DNA of 64,000 nucleotides from the IMG/VR virus record IMGVR_UViG_3300024520_000050, positions 32,001 to 96,000 of that record. One strand, written 5' to 3'. A program made the position numbers and the translations under genes. Positions within the stretch are counted from its first letter, which is position 1. Each line of letters begins with the position of its first letter. The notes under the pieces are model-generated. The model saw nothing but the letters and a program-made list of their open reading frames with translations. It had not been told where the DNA came from and did no database searches. Below, piece by piece: positions 26,487 to 36,617 of the stretch. This stretch comes from a virus.

Positions 26487-28283
26487 ATGGCAATACCTAA
26501 ATTTTATTTAGATAATAGGTTTGATAATGCTCGTAGTAGTTCTCATATCGGTATGACTAAAAATACAGAGCTAGGATGGTTCATTAATAAATACATGAAC
26601 ACAGCAGGACCGACCGTACTTTTTGGTGATGGTACTGTACTATTACCATCTGTATCTAACCTTGGTGATACAAATACAGGTCTATACTTTACAACAGCTG
26701 ATGAGGTTTCTATCTCAACAGGTGGAGTTAAAGCAGCAGGATTTGGAACAACAGGACTTGAATTAGCATTAGACTTATTCTTCACAGAAGAAGTAAATCA
26801 TGTAGCGCAAGTACTTACATCAACTACAGCTACAACAGCAGGTGGTAATTTAACTATTTCATCTGGTATCGGTGCAACTACTGGCGCAGGTGGAATTACA
26901 ACAGTAATCTCAGGAGCTGGTGGTCTTACTGGAACAGGAGGAGCATTAACAATGTCTTCTGGAGCAGGAGGAGCAACTTCAGGTGATTCTGGAGTAGTAA
27001 CAATACAATCAGCAGATGAAACTAGTACTGATCTTTCTGGAACAGTATCAATTACATCAGGAACAACAGTAAGTGCTGATTCTGGAGCATTAACAATCGA
27101 TTCTGGAGCAGTAGCTACTCTTGGGGGATCAGGAGCAGTTACAGTAGCATCTGGTGCTTCATCAACTTCTGGATTATCAGGAGTAGTATTAATTACATCA
27201 GGAACAACAGTAGACACAGCATCTGGAACTATGACTTCTACTACAGGAGCTGTAGCAACATCAGGTAACTCTGGAGCAAATACAGTGTCAACAGGAGCCT
27301 CTACTACAGCAGGTGATTCAGGAATTATGAGTGTTTTATCTGGAGCTGCTACAACTGGAGATACAGGAAATGTAGAAGTTAAATCTGGTGATGTAGCTAC
27401 TTTAGGTGCATCTGGAACATTAACAGTTTCTACAGGAGTTTCTAGTACATCTGGTGCTTCTGGAGCATTAGTTGTATCTACTGGTGATACAGTTGATACA
27501 ACATCGGGTATAGCATCTATTTTTACAGGTGATGTATCTACTTCAGGTAACTCTGGAGCAGTTAGTATTAAATCTGGAGATTCTGCAGTAGCAGGAGATT
27601 CTGGTACATCAACTATTGATACAGGAGAAGTAGTAACTGGCGATTCAGGAGCTAGTACTCTTACTACAGGAGATGTAACAACATTAGGGGCTTCGGGATT
27701 AGCTGAAGTTTCAACTGGAGATTCAACTACTTCTGGAGCAACAGGAGCAATTAATATAGTTTCTGGTGACGCTACAATAGGTAGTTCTGGGGTAATTAGT
27801 ATAACATCAGGAAATACCGCGTCAGGTTTAGCAGGAGATATTATCTTAACAACAGGAACACATACATCTGCAACAGTTGTACCAATCGTACAATTGACTA
27901 AAGGTGTAGCACAAAAACCTACATCAACAGCAGTAGCAACTGGAGCAACAGCAACAGTTAGTGGTGTTATTAGTGGATGTTTAGGAGTTACAGGAACTAC
28001 AGGTAATGTTACACTTCCAACTGGTACTGAAATTAGTACTGCATTGGGATCACCAACACCAGGTATGTCTTTCGACTTTGTAGTTAATACAATAGCAATG
28101 ACAGCAGCTAACGTTGCAACAATTGTAGTTGCAGCAGGAATCGTAACACAGAAAATGATTTCAGCAGGTGATGTAGCCACAGACCAACTTTTAACTGTAA
28201 CAAATACTGCTAACGTAAATGTTGGTATATTTAGAATGGTTAATATTGGAGCTAACTCTTGGTCATTACATAGATTAGCATAA
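26487..28283 (+). CDS. Fibre/spike protein with G/S/T-rich 15-16 aa solenoid repeats
   Basis: N-terminal GDTNTGLY..ADEVSISTGG fibre motif, about 22 SGxxxIxSG/TG repeats and a globular C-terminal domain. Confidence 0.75.
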   Translation: MAIPKFYLDNRFDNARSSSHIGMTKNTELGWFINKYMNTAGPTVLFGDGTVLLPSVSNLGDTNTGLYFTTADEVSISTGGVKAAGFGTTGLELALDLFFTEEVNHVAQVLTSTTATTAGGNLTISSGIGATTGAGGITTVISGAGGLTGTGGALTMSSGAGGATSGDSGVVTIQSADETSTDLSGTVSITSGTTVSADSGALTIDSGAVATLGGSGAVTVASGASSTSGLSGVVLITSGTTVDTASGTMTSTTGAVATSGNSGANTVSTGASTTAGDSGIMSVLSGAATTGDTGNVEVKSGDVATLGASGTLTVSTGVSSTSGASGALVVSTGDTVDTTSGIASIFTGDVSTSGNSGAVSIKSGDSAVAGDSGTSTIDTGEVVTGDSGASTLTTGDVTTLGASGLAEVSTGDSTTSGATGAINIVSGDATIGSSGVISITSGNTASGLAGDIILTTGTHTSATVVPIVQLTKGVAQKPTSTAVATGATATVSGVISGCLGVTGTTGNVTLPTGTEISTALGSPTPGMSFDFVVNTIAMTAANVATIVVAAGIVTQKMISAGDVATDQLLTVTNTANVNVGIFRMVNIGANSWSLHRLA

Positions 28284-28305
28284 TAAGACAGGATAATAAA
28301 TAATT

Positions 28306-28335
28306 AATAATGGCAGACTTAGTTCTGCCATTATT
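28306..28335 (+). terminator. Intrinsic terminator-like hairpin
   Basis: AATAATGGCAGA-CTTAGT-TCTGCCATTATT followed by TT. Confidence 0.6.
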
Positions 28336-28349
28336 TTAAATAAAATATA

Positions 28350-28751
28350 ATGAATCCAGGAAAACATGCTGCACGTCAGCAAACTTCAGTGTCTGCATTA
28401 AATAAGATAATCTTAAGATTGCAGGAACTTAAAGCACAAACAGTAGCAACTGCTGCAGGATTGGCATCATTAGCAGAGCAACAAACCCAAACAGCATTAC
28501 TTACTACTATTGATACTAATATAGCTGATATAGAAGTATTATTAGCAAAAGGTAATTTGCAGATATTAGAACAAGAAGCTACCGATTTAGTTAAAACGTT
28601 TGCTTATTTAGATGCTGGAGCAGCTGATGAAAGAGTAAGTACTATTATATATACAAGTCCTGTAGATTTTCCAGCAATTACTGTAACTAAAACATTTGTT
28701 TATGCAGGTATAGCTGGAGCATATAGAGTAAGTACTATCACATTATCTTAA
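28350..28751 (+). CDS. Small virion protein (coiled coil + beta domain)
   Basis: Heptad N-half, beta-rich C-half, located in the fibre cluster. Confidence 0.55.
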   Translation: MNPGKHAARQQTSVSALNKIILRLQELKAQTVATAAGLASLAEQQTQTALLTTIDTNIADIEVLLAKGNLQILEQEATDLVKTFAYLDAGAADERVSTIIYTSPVDFPAITVTKTFVYAGIAGAYRVSTITLS

Positions 28752-28763
28752 TACTAAAAACTA

Positions 28764-29192
28764 ATGGCTATAAAAACAATACATAATCCTTTACTAGAAG
28801 AAGGATTTCAGAAACTAAATGATGTTAGTAATAGTTCTTTCGTACAAGAAATTACTTTAAGTGATGCCACTCAAAATACTATAACAGGTTCTAAAGGTAT
28901 TACTGATGATTCAGTACAATCTTTTATTTCTAGAGTGACTGCAATTAAAACATCAACAGGAGATGTATGGTGTCATGAATTTCGTGGTGCTATTAAACGT
29001 ATCAGTACTGTAACTTCTTTAGTTGATACAGTAGTAGATGTATACATAGCAGAAGACACTGCTACAGCAGCTTATGCTGTTGCATTTGTAGCTAATGCGG
29101 GTACAGATGAATTAGATATTAAAGTTACATCAGGTGATGCTAACGAAATTAAATGGAAATCAGAAACAGTATTTAGTGAAATAACATTTTAA
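28764..29192 (+). CDS. Small fibre-cluster protein
   Basis: Beta-rich ORF in the coupled cluster. Confidence 0.55.
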   Translation: MAIKTIHNPLLEEGFQKLNDVSNSSFVQEITLSDATQNTITGSKGITDDSVQSFISRVTAIKTSTGDVWCHEFRGAIKRISTVTSLVDTVVDVYIAEDTATAAYAVAFVANAGTDELDIKVTSGDANEIKWKSETVFSEITF

Positions 29193-29194
29193 TT

Positions 29195-29914
29195 ATGATA
29201 ATAAAAGAATTAACTAGCATAAAAGAAATAAGTAAGATGCGACATATTCCTTCTTATTATACAACATTTGATGCTATTAATGAAGATATAGATATGGGGG
29301 ATGCTGCAACATTACGTTTTGATAGAACAGATCCATTTAGTATATCATTCTGGGTGAATAATTCAGATTGGAATGCCGGCTTCATGGTATCTAAACGTGA
29401 AACTTCAGTTAATTACGCGGGATATATGATAATAAGTAGTGCAAATAAATTAAGAGTTATATTGCGTTCTACTCTCTCCAAAGCATTAGATGTAATTACT
29501 AATGCAACTCTCACTAATGGTCAAGATTACTTTATTACAGTGACTTATGATGGCTTATCTTTGTCATCAAGTTTAAAAGTATATGTAGATTCAATTTCCT
29601 CAGCATTAACAGTTACAACATCAACTTTAACTTCAAGTATAGCTAATAGTCAACCATTTAAAATTGGTAGTGCAAATGTTGGTGGATACTTCAATGGAAG
29701 TTTAGATGAAGTAGCAGTATTTAGTTCAACACTAACACAAGTAGAAATTGATTTATTATATGGTTTGGGTAAAACTGTTATGAGTAGTTACTCAGTAATA
29801 CCTACTTTAGTATCACATTGGAAGATGGATACATTAAATCCAGTTGATGAAACAGGAACTAATAATGGTACATCAGCCAACATGGACAGCACTAATATTA
29901 TAGAATTTTATTAA
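29195..29914 (+). CDS. LamG / concanavalin A-like lectin domain protein
   Basis: FSISFWV, FITVTYDG, KVYVD and FNGSLDEVAVFSSTLT motifs. Confidence 0.85.
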   Translation: MIIKELTSIKEISKMRHIPSYYTTFDAINEDIDMGDAATLRFDRTDPFSISFWVNNSDWNAGFMVSKRETSVNYAGYMIISSANKLRVILRSTLSKALDVITNATLTNGQDYFITVTYDGLSLSSSLKVYVDSISSALTVTTSTLTSSIANSQPFKIGSANVGGYFNGSLDEVAVFSSTLTQVEIDLLYGLGKTVMSSYSVIPTLVSHWKMDTLNPVDETGTNNGTSANMDSTNIIEFY

Positions 29915-29920
29915 ATAATA

Positions 29921-30226
29921 ATGATGAGTAGAGAATATTATAAAATAAAAATACCTAATCCTCAAAGTCAAATTCAACATACAATAGATGTTAGTATTGG
30001 TGTAGATGATACACAAAGGTACTCATTAGATGGTAAATATGTTATTATTAAAACTACACCATCAATCATCAATATAAAAATTAATACAGGAGTTAGTAGA
30101 GATACGATATTCCCGCCAGGACTTACTACTCAATTAACATATGAAGAAGCTCGTATTCTCATGACAACAGAGGATTGGCAAACAGATTTGAAAGTTTATA
30201 AAAAGATAAACAATGGCAAAGAATAA
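29921..30226 (+). CDS. Small protein typically paired with LamG fibre genes
   Basis: RYSLDGKYVIIK...LTYEEARILMTTEDW pattern. Confidence 0.55.
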   Translation: MMSREYYKIKIPNPQSQIQHTIDVSIGVDDTQRYSLDGKYVIIKTTPSIINIKINTGVSRDTIFPPGLTTQLTYEEARILMTTEDWQTDLKVYKKINNGKE

Positions 30227-30767
30227 AATAGAAAAATCAGATGGGCATTATCTTGCAGGAACTGAAGTAACAGTAGATACTGAAATTAATTTTGTTAATA
30301 CTTCAAATCCTGAAATAGATACAACTGGTGGAAGCTTTATATGGAAACTAATAACAGCCGTAGCTTCTGCATGGAAACTTAGAGATGATACAAAAGGACA
30401 AGACATAATTACTATTGACAGTAGTACTGATACAGTAACAGCTAATGCTACTGATTATACTTTTGTAGGATTTGGTGCTGCAAGCGCCGCAACAGCTATT
30501 GTATTTACAATTGAATCAACTAGTTATAATGCAGTCGCATTTGATTGGGTTGATATGACTACAGCTGGGACAGGTAAAACAGTTACATTCCCAGCTTCTC
30601 CAGTTGCTGATGATATTATAAAAGTATCTAAAGCAGATAGCGGAGTAGGAGTAATTACCGTAGATGGTAATGGTAAAAATATAAATGGTGCTGCAAATGA
30701 CACGATCAATAGTCAATACACAATTGTTTCGTATCAATATAATGGTACTGAATGGCGTAAATTTTAA
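30213..30767 (+). CDS. Fibre protein with T4 gp9/gp10-like C-terminal beta domain
   Basis: TVTFPASP...ITVDGNGKNING...INSQY..V.YQYNGTEW. Confidence 0.6.
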   Translation: MAKNKIEKSDGHYLAGTEVTVDTEINFVNTSNPEIDTTGGSFIWKLITAVASAWKLRDDTKGQDIITIDSSTDTVTANATDYTFVGFGAASAATAIVFTIESTSYNAVAFDWVDMTTAGTGKTVTFPASPVADDIIKVSKADSGVGVITVDGNGKNINGAANDTINSQYTIVSYQYNGTEWRKF

Positions 30768-30780
30768 AACAGTAATTTAA

Positions 30781-31551
30781 ATGGCATATACAGAAATATC
30801 AAGAGATTTTTTAATCGAAGTAGCAAGAGGCAATGTACCAGGTCATTCTTTAGTACATAAGTTTGGACGAAACGCAAATGTACCTAATGGGACGTTTGAA
30901 GGAGTAACTCAATTATCTGAATCATTTAATTTTCTAACAGCAGCAAGTACTGTAAGAATTAAAGCAGGAGGAGATGCTGCAGATACAGCTGCAGGTGCAG
31001 GTGCACAAAGTATTACAATAGAAGGTTTAGATAATACTGGAGCTTTTGCAACTGAAACAATTGCAACAGCAGGAGTTTCAGCAAGTTCAGTTACATCTAC
31101 AAGTTTTTGGAGAGTATTCAGAGCATATGTAGGAGATGGAGGATGTGGTACTTATGGTGCTGCAAATACTGCTAATATAGTAATTGAAAATGGTACAGGA
31201 GGTACTAATTTAATAATGATAGCTATCGAAGAAGGACAAAGTCAATATGGAGCATATGCTATTCCTCTCGGTAAAACAGGTTATTTATTAAGTGTGAAAG
31301 TTCAAGCAGATGGAAGTAAAGCTGCAGATTTTAAATTATGTACACGAAATAATCTAACAGATTTCACTACACCTTTTAGTCCTAATAGAATTAAATTTTA
31401 TTGGGATGGAGTTCTAGGATCTGATACTTTAAATCCAAATTCACCGTTACTATCAATGTCAGCTCTGACTGATATATGGGTAGAAGCCGCAGGTGGTGGA
31501 GCCCAAACAGAAGTTAGTATAGATTTTGAGATTTTATTAGTAGACGATTAA
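30781..31551 (+). CDS. Conserved phage virion-associated protein
   Basis: IEVARGNVPGHSLVHKFGRN motif, common in environmental phage fibre clusters. Confidence 0.55.
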   Translation: MAYTEISRDFLIEVARGNVPGHSLVHKFGRNANVPNGTFEGVTQLSESFNFLTAASTVRIKAGGDAADTAAGAGAQSITIEGLDNTGAFATETIATAGVSASSVTSTSFWRVFRAYVGDGGCGTYGAANTANIVIENGTGGTNLIMIAIEEGQSQYGAYAIPLGKTGYLLSVKVQADGSKAADFKLCTRNNLTDFTTPFSPNRIKFYWDGVLGSDTLNPNSPLLSMSALTDIWVEAAGGGAQTEVSIDFEILLVDD

Positions 31552-31561
31552 AATAAATAAT

Positions 31562-31843
31562 ATGTATAGGATAGATAAAACACAAGCTTTAACAATAGCA
31601 GGTACAGATACTTATACTGTTACAGCTACTACAACAATGAGTTCTTACATTACAGGTGAGGCTATATTATGTATATTTACTAATGCTAATACTGGCGCTG
31701 CAACTCTAAATGTAAACAGTTTAGGTGCTAAAGCTATTCAAAAGAATGGTGGTACTGCATTAGCAGCAAGTGATATTAACGCAGGTCAACCTTTTTGGTT
31801 AGTATATGACGGAACTGATTATCAATTAGTAGGAACTGTTTAA
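31562..31843 (+). CDS. Short tail-fibre domain protein
   Basis: FTNANTGAATLNVNSLGAKAI...DI.AG....LVYDGT. Confidence 0.65.
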   Translation: MYRIDKTQALTIAGTDTYTVTATTTMSSYITGEAILCIFTNANTGAATLNVNSLGAKAIQKNGGTALAASDINAGQPFWLVYDGTDYQLVGTV

Positions 31844-31885
31844 ACTAATATAAATAAAAATTAAATAAAAATTAAATAAATAATA

Positions 31886-32770
31886 ATGAGTAGTTTATCA
31901 GTACAAGACGTTGACCTTATAGGAAGACTAAATGAATTTAGAGGAGCAGATATACCTTCTGCAGCTACAACAGATATAGCGATTGCTGATGGTAATCTTG
32001 TTCACGTAACAGGCACAACAACTATAGTAGGATTAGGTACAGCACCTCAAGCAGGATTATATAGAGTTGTAATATTTGACGGAGCATTAACATTGACACA
32101 TGATGTAGCTAAAATTAAATTACCAGGAGGAGTTAACATAACTACTGAGGCAGGAGATAAAGCAATCTTTGTATCAGATACCACAGCTATATGGGAATGC
32201 GTATCATACACTAGAGCAACAGGCGCTACTATAGCAGCAGATGCTATTGATACTGCAAACATTACAAACTTAGCAGTAACTACAGCCAAATTAGCCGTAG
32301 GAGCTGTAACTACAGCCAAAATCACCGCATTAAATGTCACCGCTACTGAAATAGCAAATAATGCAGTAACTACAGCTAAAATACTTGCTGCGAATGTAAC
32401 TGAAGCTGAGTTAGCTGATAATAGTGTTAGTATTAGAACTAATCGCTCTATGACAGTTGTAGCATTAGCAGATACAGTAACTACTTTGACTGCATCTCAA
32501 CTAGTCAATAGTAGTATATTTACTGCAGTACCAACAGCGGCAAGAATTCAAACTACTGATACAGCAGTCAATATAATTGCAGCTGTTCCTAGTTTTGCTG
32601 TAGGAATGCAAGTTGATTTTGCTATGATAAATACAGCAGCATTTACAGAAACTATTGCTGCGGGTGTGGGAGTAACACTAGTTGGCGATATGGTTACTAA
32701 TAATAGTTCTGCAACATTTAAAATATTAATGACAGCAGCAGCAACAGTATCTATTTTTAGAGTAACTTAG
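31886..32770 (+). CDS. Fibre protein with VTTAKI 10-aa repeats
   Basis: AVTTAKL/AVTTAKI/NVTATEI/AVTTAKI/NVTEAEL repeats between two globular domains. Confidence 0.7.
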   Translation: MSSLSVQDVDLIGRLNEFRGADIPSAATTDIAIADGNLVHVTGTTTIVGLGTAPQAGLYRVVIFDGALTLTHDVAKIKLPGGVNITTEAGDKAIFVSDTTAIWECVSYTRATGATIAADAIDTANITNLAVTTAKLAVGAVTTAKITALNVTATEIANNAVTTAKILAANVTEAELADNSVSIRTNRSMTVVALADTVTTLTASQLVNSSIFTAVPTAARIQTTDTAVNIIAAVPSFAVGMQVDFAMINTAAFTETIAAGVGVTLVGDMVTNNSSATFKILMTAAATVSIFRVT

Positions 32771-32852
32771 TAAGAAAATAAAACCAATTAATAATTATAA
32801 TGCGTCCTAATAACAATCGAATCAATATCCCTTATATTGATAATAAATAATA

Positions 32853-33455
32853 ATGAAAACACTTTTTGGAGAACACATATTTACAGCAATCTCATCTATG
32901 TTTGGGCATAAATCTTTACTCCTAATCAGCTTTGGTATAACTGGAATAATTTCAGCAATAAAATCATTTTTAAAAATAGAATTTCTTGGTTTCAGCATGG
33001 CTGTACTAGGATTCTTAATAATTTTGATAATCTTTGATTTTATTACAGGGGTTAAAGCAGCAAAATATAACGGAGAAGAACTATCTTCACGTAAAGGATT
33101 ACGTAGTGTTGATAAACTAATGTCATACTTTATGTTCATTTGTTTTACAGCATTAATGCAATCATTACTACAAGATGAAAACTATCTATGGAGTATATGG
33201 TTAATATCTAATTTTAAAATATTAGTATTCGCTTCTATTTTCTTATGGGAGTTCCATTCAATTGGAGAAAACATTAAAAAAAGATATGGAAGTAAGCCTC
33301 GTATATTTACAGTACTTGATGTAATAACTAGAATCCTTGAGAGAAAAGTTATACATAAAATAGATAAAAATGCAGTTATCCCTGCAATGAAAGATGAAAT
33401 AAAAGAACTAGAAGAAGTCATCATAGAAGATGAACTTAACAAAGAAAATATTTAG
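32853..33455 (+). CDS. Holin (Phage_holin_4_1-like)
   Basis: Several TM helices, with DFITGV.AA, LSSRKG and EFHSIGEN signatures. Confidence 0.82.
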   Translation: MKTLFGEHIFTAISSMFGHKSLLLISFGITGIISAIKSFLKIEFLGFSMAVLGFLIILIIFDFITGVKAAKYNGEELSSRKGLRSVDKLMSYFMFICFTALMQSLLQDENYLWSIWLISNFKILVFASIFLWEFHSIGENIKKRYGSKPRIFTVLDVITRILERKVIHKIDKNAVIPAMKDEIKELEEVIIEDELNKENI

Positions 33456-33481
33456 TTAGTTAGTTACAGCCTTATTTTTAC

Positions 33482-33511
33482 AGCCTCTATTTATTCAAAT
33501 AGAGGCTTTTT
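33482..33511 (+). terminator. Intrinsic terminator after the holin
   Basis: AGCCTCTATTT-ATTC-AAATAGAGGCT followed by TTTT. Confidence 0.8.
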
Positions 33512-33580
33512 CATTTATTGCCCCCTTTAAGTCAAGTAATATGTGTATATTACATCATTACTAACTAATTAACATAAATA

Positions 33581-34522
33581 ATGAAAAATTTCAATAATTC
33601 TCCTAAGATAGAAAGAATTAAAAACAAAATAAATAAAGCTTTTTCTGGTCTAGCATTTGATGAAGAATCTCATACTTATATGGTTAATGGTAAACAGTTG
33701 ATATCTGTTACAACCTATTTAAAACGCTTCTCAGACTCGTTTAATTCATACTTTGCATCAGAAGCTAAAGGTAAAAAGATGATACGTTTAAACAGTACTG
33801 ACAAGCGTACAGGTCAATACTACAGACAACGTTGGAAGTTTATCCGTGATGAAGCTGCTTTTATGGGAAGTCGAGTTCACTTATTTGCAGAAACAGCACC
33901 TCATTTTGATACTCCAATTGATTGGAGAGAACAAGCTGTTTTAGATTTCTATGAATGGTTGCCTGCAAAATATGAAGTGTTATTTTTAGAATTAAGAGTA
34001 TATGATGAAGATACAGTTCATGCTGGTACGGTTGATGGATTGGCATTAAATACTGAAACAGATAAATTAGTTATTTTTGATTGGAAGACTAATAAACGTA
34101 ATATCAATGAATTATATAAGAATAAGAACTTCAAAGGTGCATTTAAACATCTTAAAGCTACATCATTAAATAAGTTCTCAATTCAACTATCTGATTACTC
34201 ACATGTAATTACTAAAAATACAGGATATGAATTTGAAGATAGATGGGTTATATGGTTAAGAGATACTCCAGTAAATAAGAAAGACTCTGATAGAAATTCA
34301 GATTACACTGTAAAACGTGTCAAGCCGGACGTAGATCAACCTAATTTTAAAATATATAAAGTTAAAGATTACACTAAAGAAATAGCATTAAGTTATAGTA
34401 AAACTAAAAAGGAGCTTAGAGAAAAATCTAAACCTGCTGTAGTTAAAAAGAGCTTATTTGCAAAGACACAAGATACGTCTTATAAAAGTAAAAAGAAAAA
34501 AGGTTTATTTTCAAAAAAATAA
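33581..34522 (+). CDS. PD-(D/E)XK (Cas4-like) nuclease
   Basis: FDEESHTY..NG..LISVTT, GSRVH, AGTVD...IFDWKTN and QLSDY. A nuclease of this class is typical in crAss-like late regions. Confidence 0.85.
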   Translation: MKNFNNSPKIERIKNKINKAFSGLAFDEESHTYMVNGKQLISVTTYLKRFSDSFNSYFASEAKGKKMIRLNSTDKRTGQYYRQRWKFIRDEAAFMGSRVHLFAETAPHFDTPIDWREQAVLDFYEWLPAKYEVLFLELRVYDEDTVHAGTVDGLALNTETDKLVIFDWKTNKRNINELYKNKNFKGAFKHLKATSLNKFSIQLSDYSHVITKNTGYEFEDRWVIWLRDTPVNKKDSDRNSDYTVKRVKPDVDQPNFKIYKVKDYTKEIALSYSKTKKELREKSKPAVVKKSLFAKTQDTSYKSKKKKGLFSKK

Positions 34523-34525
34523 TAA

Positions 34526-35218
34526 ATGGCAAATTTATCAATACAAGGTATAGTTGATTTAGTTCGTGAAGCTGTTAGAGAAATATCTGATGATAGTGTT
34601 TATCCAGATAAATACATCTTTAGATTAGTTCTAGAAGCTCGAGCAGAATTATTAGATCAAATGAAAAAGCAGAATAAAGAATTTAGTCCATGGCTATATC
34701 AACGATTCTGTTTAAAATTATGTCCATCTACATTTATTGAATGTGGGTGTGCACCATATAGTTTTGCATGTACAGTTTATAAAAGCGTGAATCCATTACC
34801 TCAACCTATTGGTAATGATTCATTAGAATTAAATATTAGTGAATTATTCGGTGACCACATTAATCGTGTTACAGAAAAACAATATAGACTATTAAAAGAT
34901 AGAAAGTATAGACGTTCATATTACTATTATATTGGTGATGTACAAGGTGCTAAACATCTATTTATATTAAGTGAAAATACTGTTATACCACCTAAATATA
35001 TTAAAGCTGAAGGAATATTTGAAGATCCAGCTGATGTATTATCATTTGCATGTTCAGATTCTGCATGTCCGAAATTATCAGGAACAGGATTTCCTTTTAC
35101 ATTGGCAAAAGAATCTGCATTAATTAAAATGGTGGTAGAATCATTATTAGCATCTAAAAAACTACCTGAAGATTTATCCAATGATGCTAAATCAACACCT
35201 GACCAACTAATTATATAA
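34526..35218 (+). CDS. Tail ring protein
   Basis: ISDDS....KYIF......RAELL...GIFEDP pattern of crAss-like ring proteins. Confidence 0.6.
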   Translation: MANLSIQGIVDLVREAVREISDDSVYPDKYIFRLVLEARAELLDQMKKQNKEFSPWLYQRFCLKLCPSTFIECGCAPYSFACTVYKSVNPLPQPIGNDSLELNISELFGDHINRVTEKQYRLLKDRKYRRSYYYYIGDVQGAKHLFILSENTVIPPKYIKAEGIFEDPADVLSFACSDSACPKLSGTGFPFTLAKESALIKMVVESLLASKKLPEDLSNDAKSTPDQLII

Positions 35219-35757
35219 TGATTGACAAAAGAGTATCTAGTATAGGTATGAGTTGTAAAACTTTACCTTATAAAAATGAACCTAAACATAAGAGACATTT
35301 ATCAGATAAGTTGTATAAAAACATATTAAACTTATTCTTTAAGAAGATAGTATATTATATGATACGTGATGGAAGTAAGTTTGTGATACCACAATTTCTA
35401 GGTACACTACAAATTACTAGATACAACTATGATCGTCAAGCAAAGAAATACAGAAATGGTGAAACTAAACGTGGACGCATCATGGTTGATTTTCATGCAA
35501 CTAAAAAGTTAAAGGAGCAAGGTATTAATAAGACTGTTAAACATACTTGTAGAACAACAGGAGGTTATTGGTGGAAACTACATTGGTTCAAAGCACACTA
35601 TGCTAGATTTCGTACACAAAGATTATACAGCATAAAGTTTTCTAGACCAAATGTAAGACCAAATACATATAATAAAGATAATCCAAAGTTATCAGTAGTT
35701 CCATACTTTAGAGATAAAGGATGGGAAATCTATGCAGAGATAACACCAAAAAGATAA
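35218..35757 (+). CDS. IHF/HU-like protein (crAss-type)
   Basis: YKNILNLFFKKIVYYMIRDG.KFVIPQFLGTLQI, plus the IMVDFHATKKL insertion typical of crAss IHF-like genes. Confidence 0.65.
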   Translation: MIDKRVSSIGMSCKTLPYKNEPKHKRHLSDKLYKNILNLFFKKIVYYMIRDGSKFVIPQFLGTLQITRYNYDRQAKKYRNGETKRGRIMVDFHATKKLKEQGINKTVKHTCRTTGGYWWKLHWFKAHYARFRTQRLYSIKFSRPNVRPNTYNKDNPKLSVVPYFRDKGWEIYAEITPKR

Positions 35758-35759
35758 AA

Positions 35760-36617
35760 ATGATTAAATCAAAATTAATACCAATTACAAGTGTATTAAA
35801 AGATATATATTTACTAACAAATGAGAGTTCTGTCACTGAAGATTTAGTGATGGAATTTGCTATAAGAGGAATGGAACACTTAGCAGTTAATCAAACATAC
35901 GAAAGAGCAGTATGTGTATTACCTGTAGTTAATAGCCAAGCTTCATATCCTAAAGGAATGTATGGTATTCATTCAGTTCTTGGTAATAGTGATCCTAGTG
36001 ATGATACTGTTAAATATTTAGTTACATCAACTACATCACTTGCAGTAACTGAAGATGATCTTACATTTGAAATAGTAGATGATCCTGATGGATCTACATT
36101 ATATAAATTAATAGATTTCAAGTCTATTAATTTTGCTCAGAGTGGATGGAAATACTTATCTCTATCTAATAGTCCTTGGGACAAATCTATAGTTTGTGCA
36201 GATTCTGTAAATTTATCATCATGTTGTGATGATTGGTTCTTACCAGATAATGCAAATAATAGATTCATTCTATCATTTGATTACGGTCATATTGCAGTAT
36301 CATATTTTAGATTCCCACAAGATGATAAAGGTAACTTCCTAATTCCTGATCATCCACTTGTAGCTGAAGCATTAGAGTCATATGTATTTTCTAAAATATA
36401 TCAACGTATGTGGCATAGTTCGCAACAAGGTGCTCAACAAAAATACTATCACTATTTAGAAAAGTGGCAACAACTCGCCGCAGCTGCAACAGGTGAATTA
36501 AGAATGTTAAGTTTACCAGGATATGTTAATTTAACTAAAGATAATACATTCTTCAAAGACTATGCGGCTACCAAAATGTATGGTGGTTGGGGACGTCAAC
36601 GTACTAATTTTAGATAA
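35760..36617 (+). CDS. Tail tubular / ring protein
   Basis: Y..FPQDDKGNFLIPDHP...EALESY...KI pattern. ATG 35760 is preferred because the track start at 35721 overlaps the upstream gene. Confidence 0.65.
   Translation: MIKSKLIPITSVLKDIYLLTNESSVTEDLVMEFAIRGMEHLAVNQTYERAVCVLPVVNSQASYPKGMYGIHSVLGNSDPSDDTVKYLVTSTTSLAVTEDDLTFEIVDDPDGSTLYKLIDFKSINFAQSGWKYLSLSNSPWDKSIVCADSVNLSSCCDDWFLPDNANNRFILSFDYGHIAVSYFRFPQDDKGNFLIPDHPLVAEALESYVFSKIYQRMWHSSQQGAQQKYYHYLEKWQQLAAAATGELRMLSLPGYVNLTKDNTFFKDYAATKMYGGWGRQRTNFR

Noticed and set aside
26798-28180. 460-aa antisense ORF opposite the repeat fibre
   Set aside because: Expected shadow of GGN/ACN/GCN/TCN-rich codons, which give no stops on the opposite strand. 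The same applies to 24049-24294, 26543-26785 and 32047-32340.
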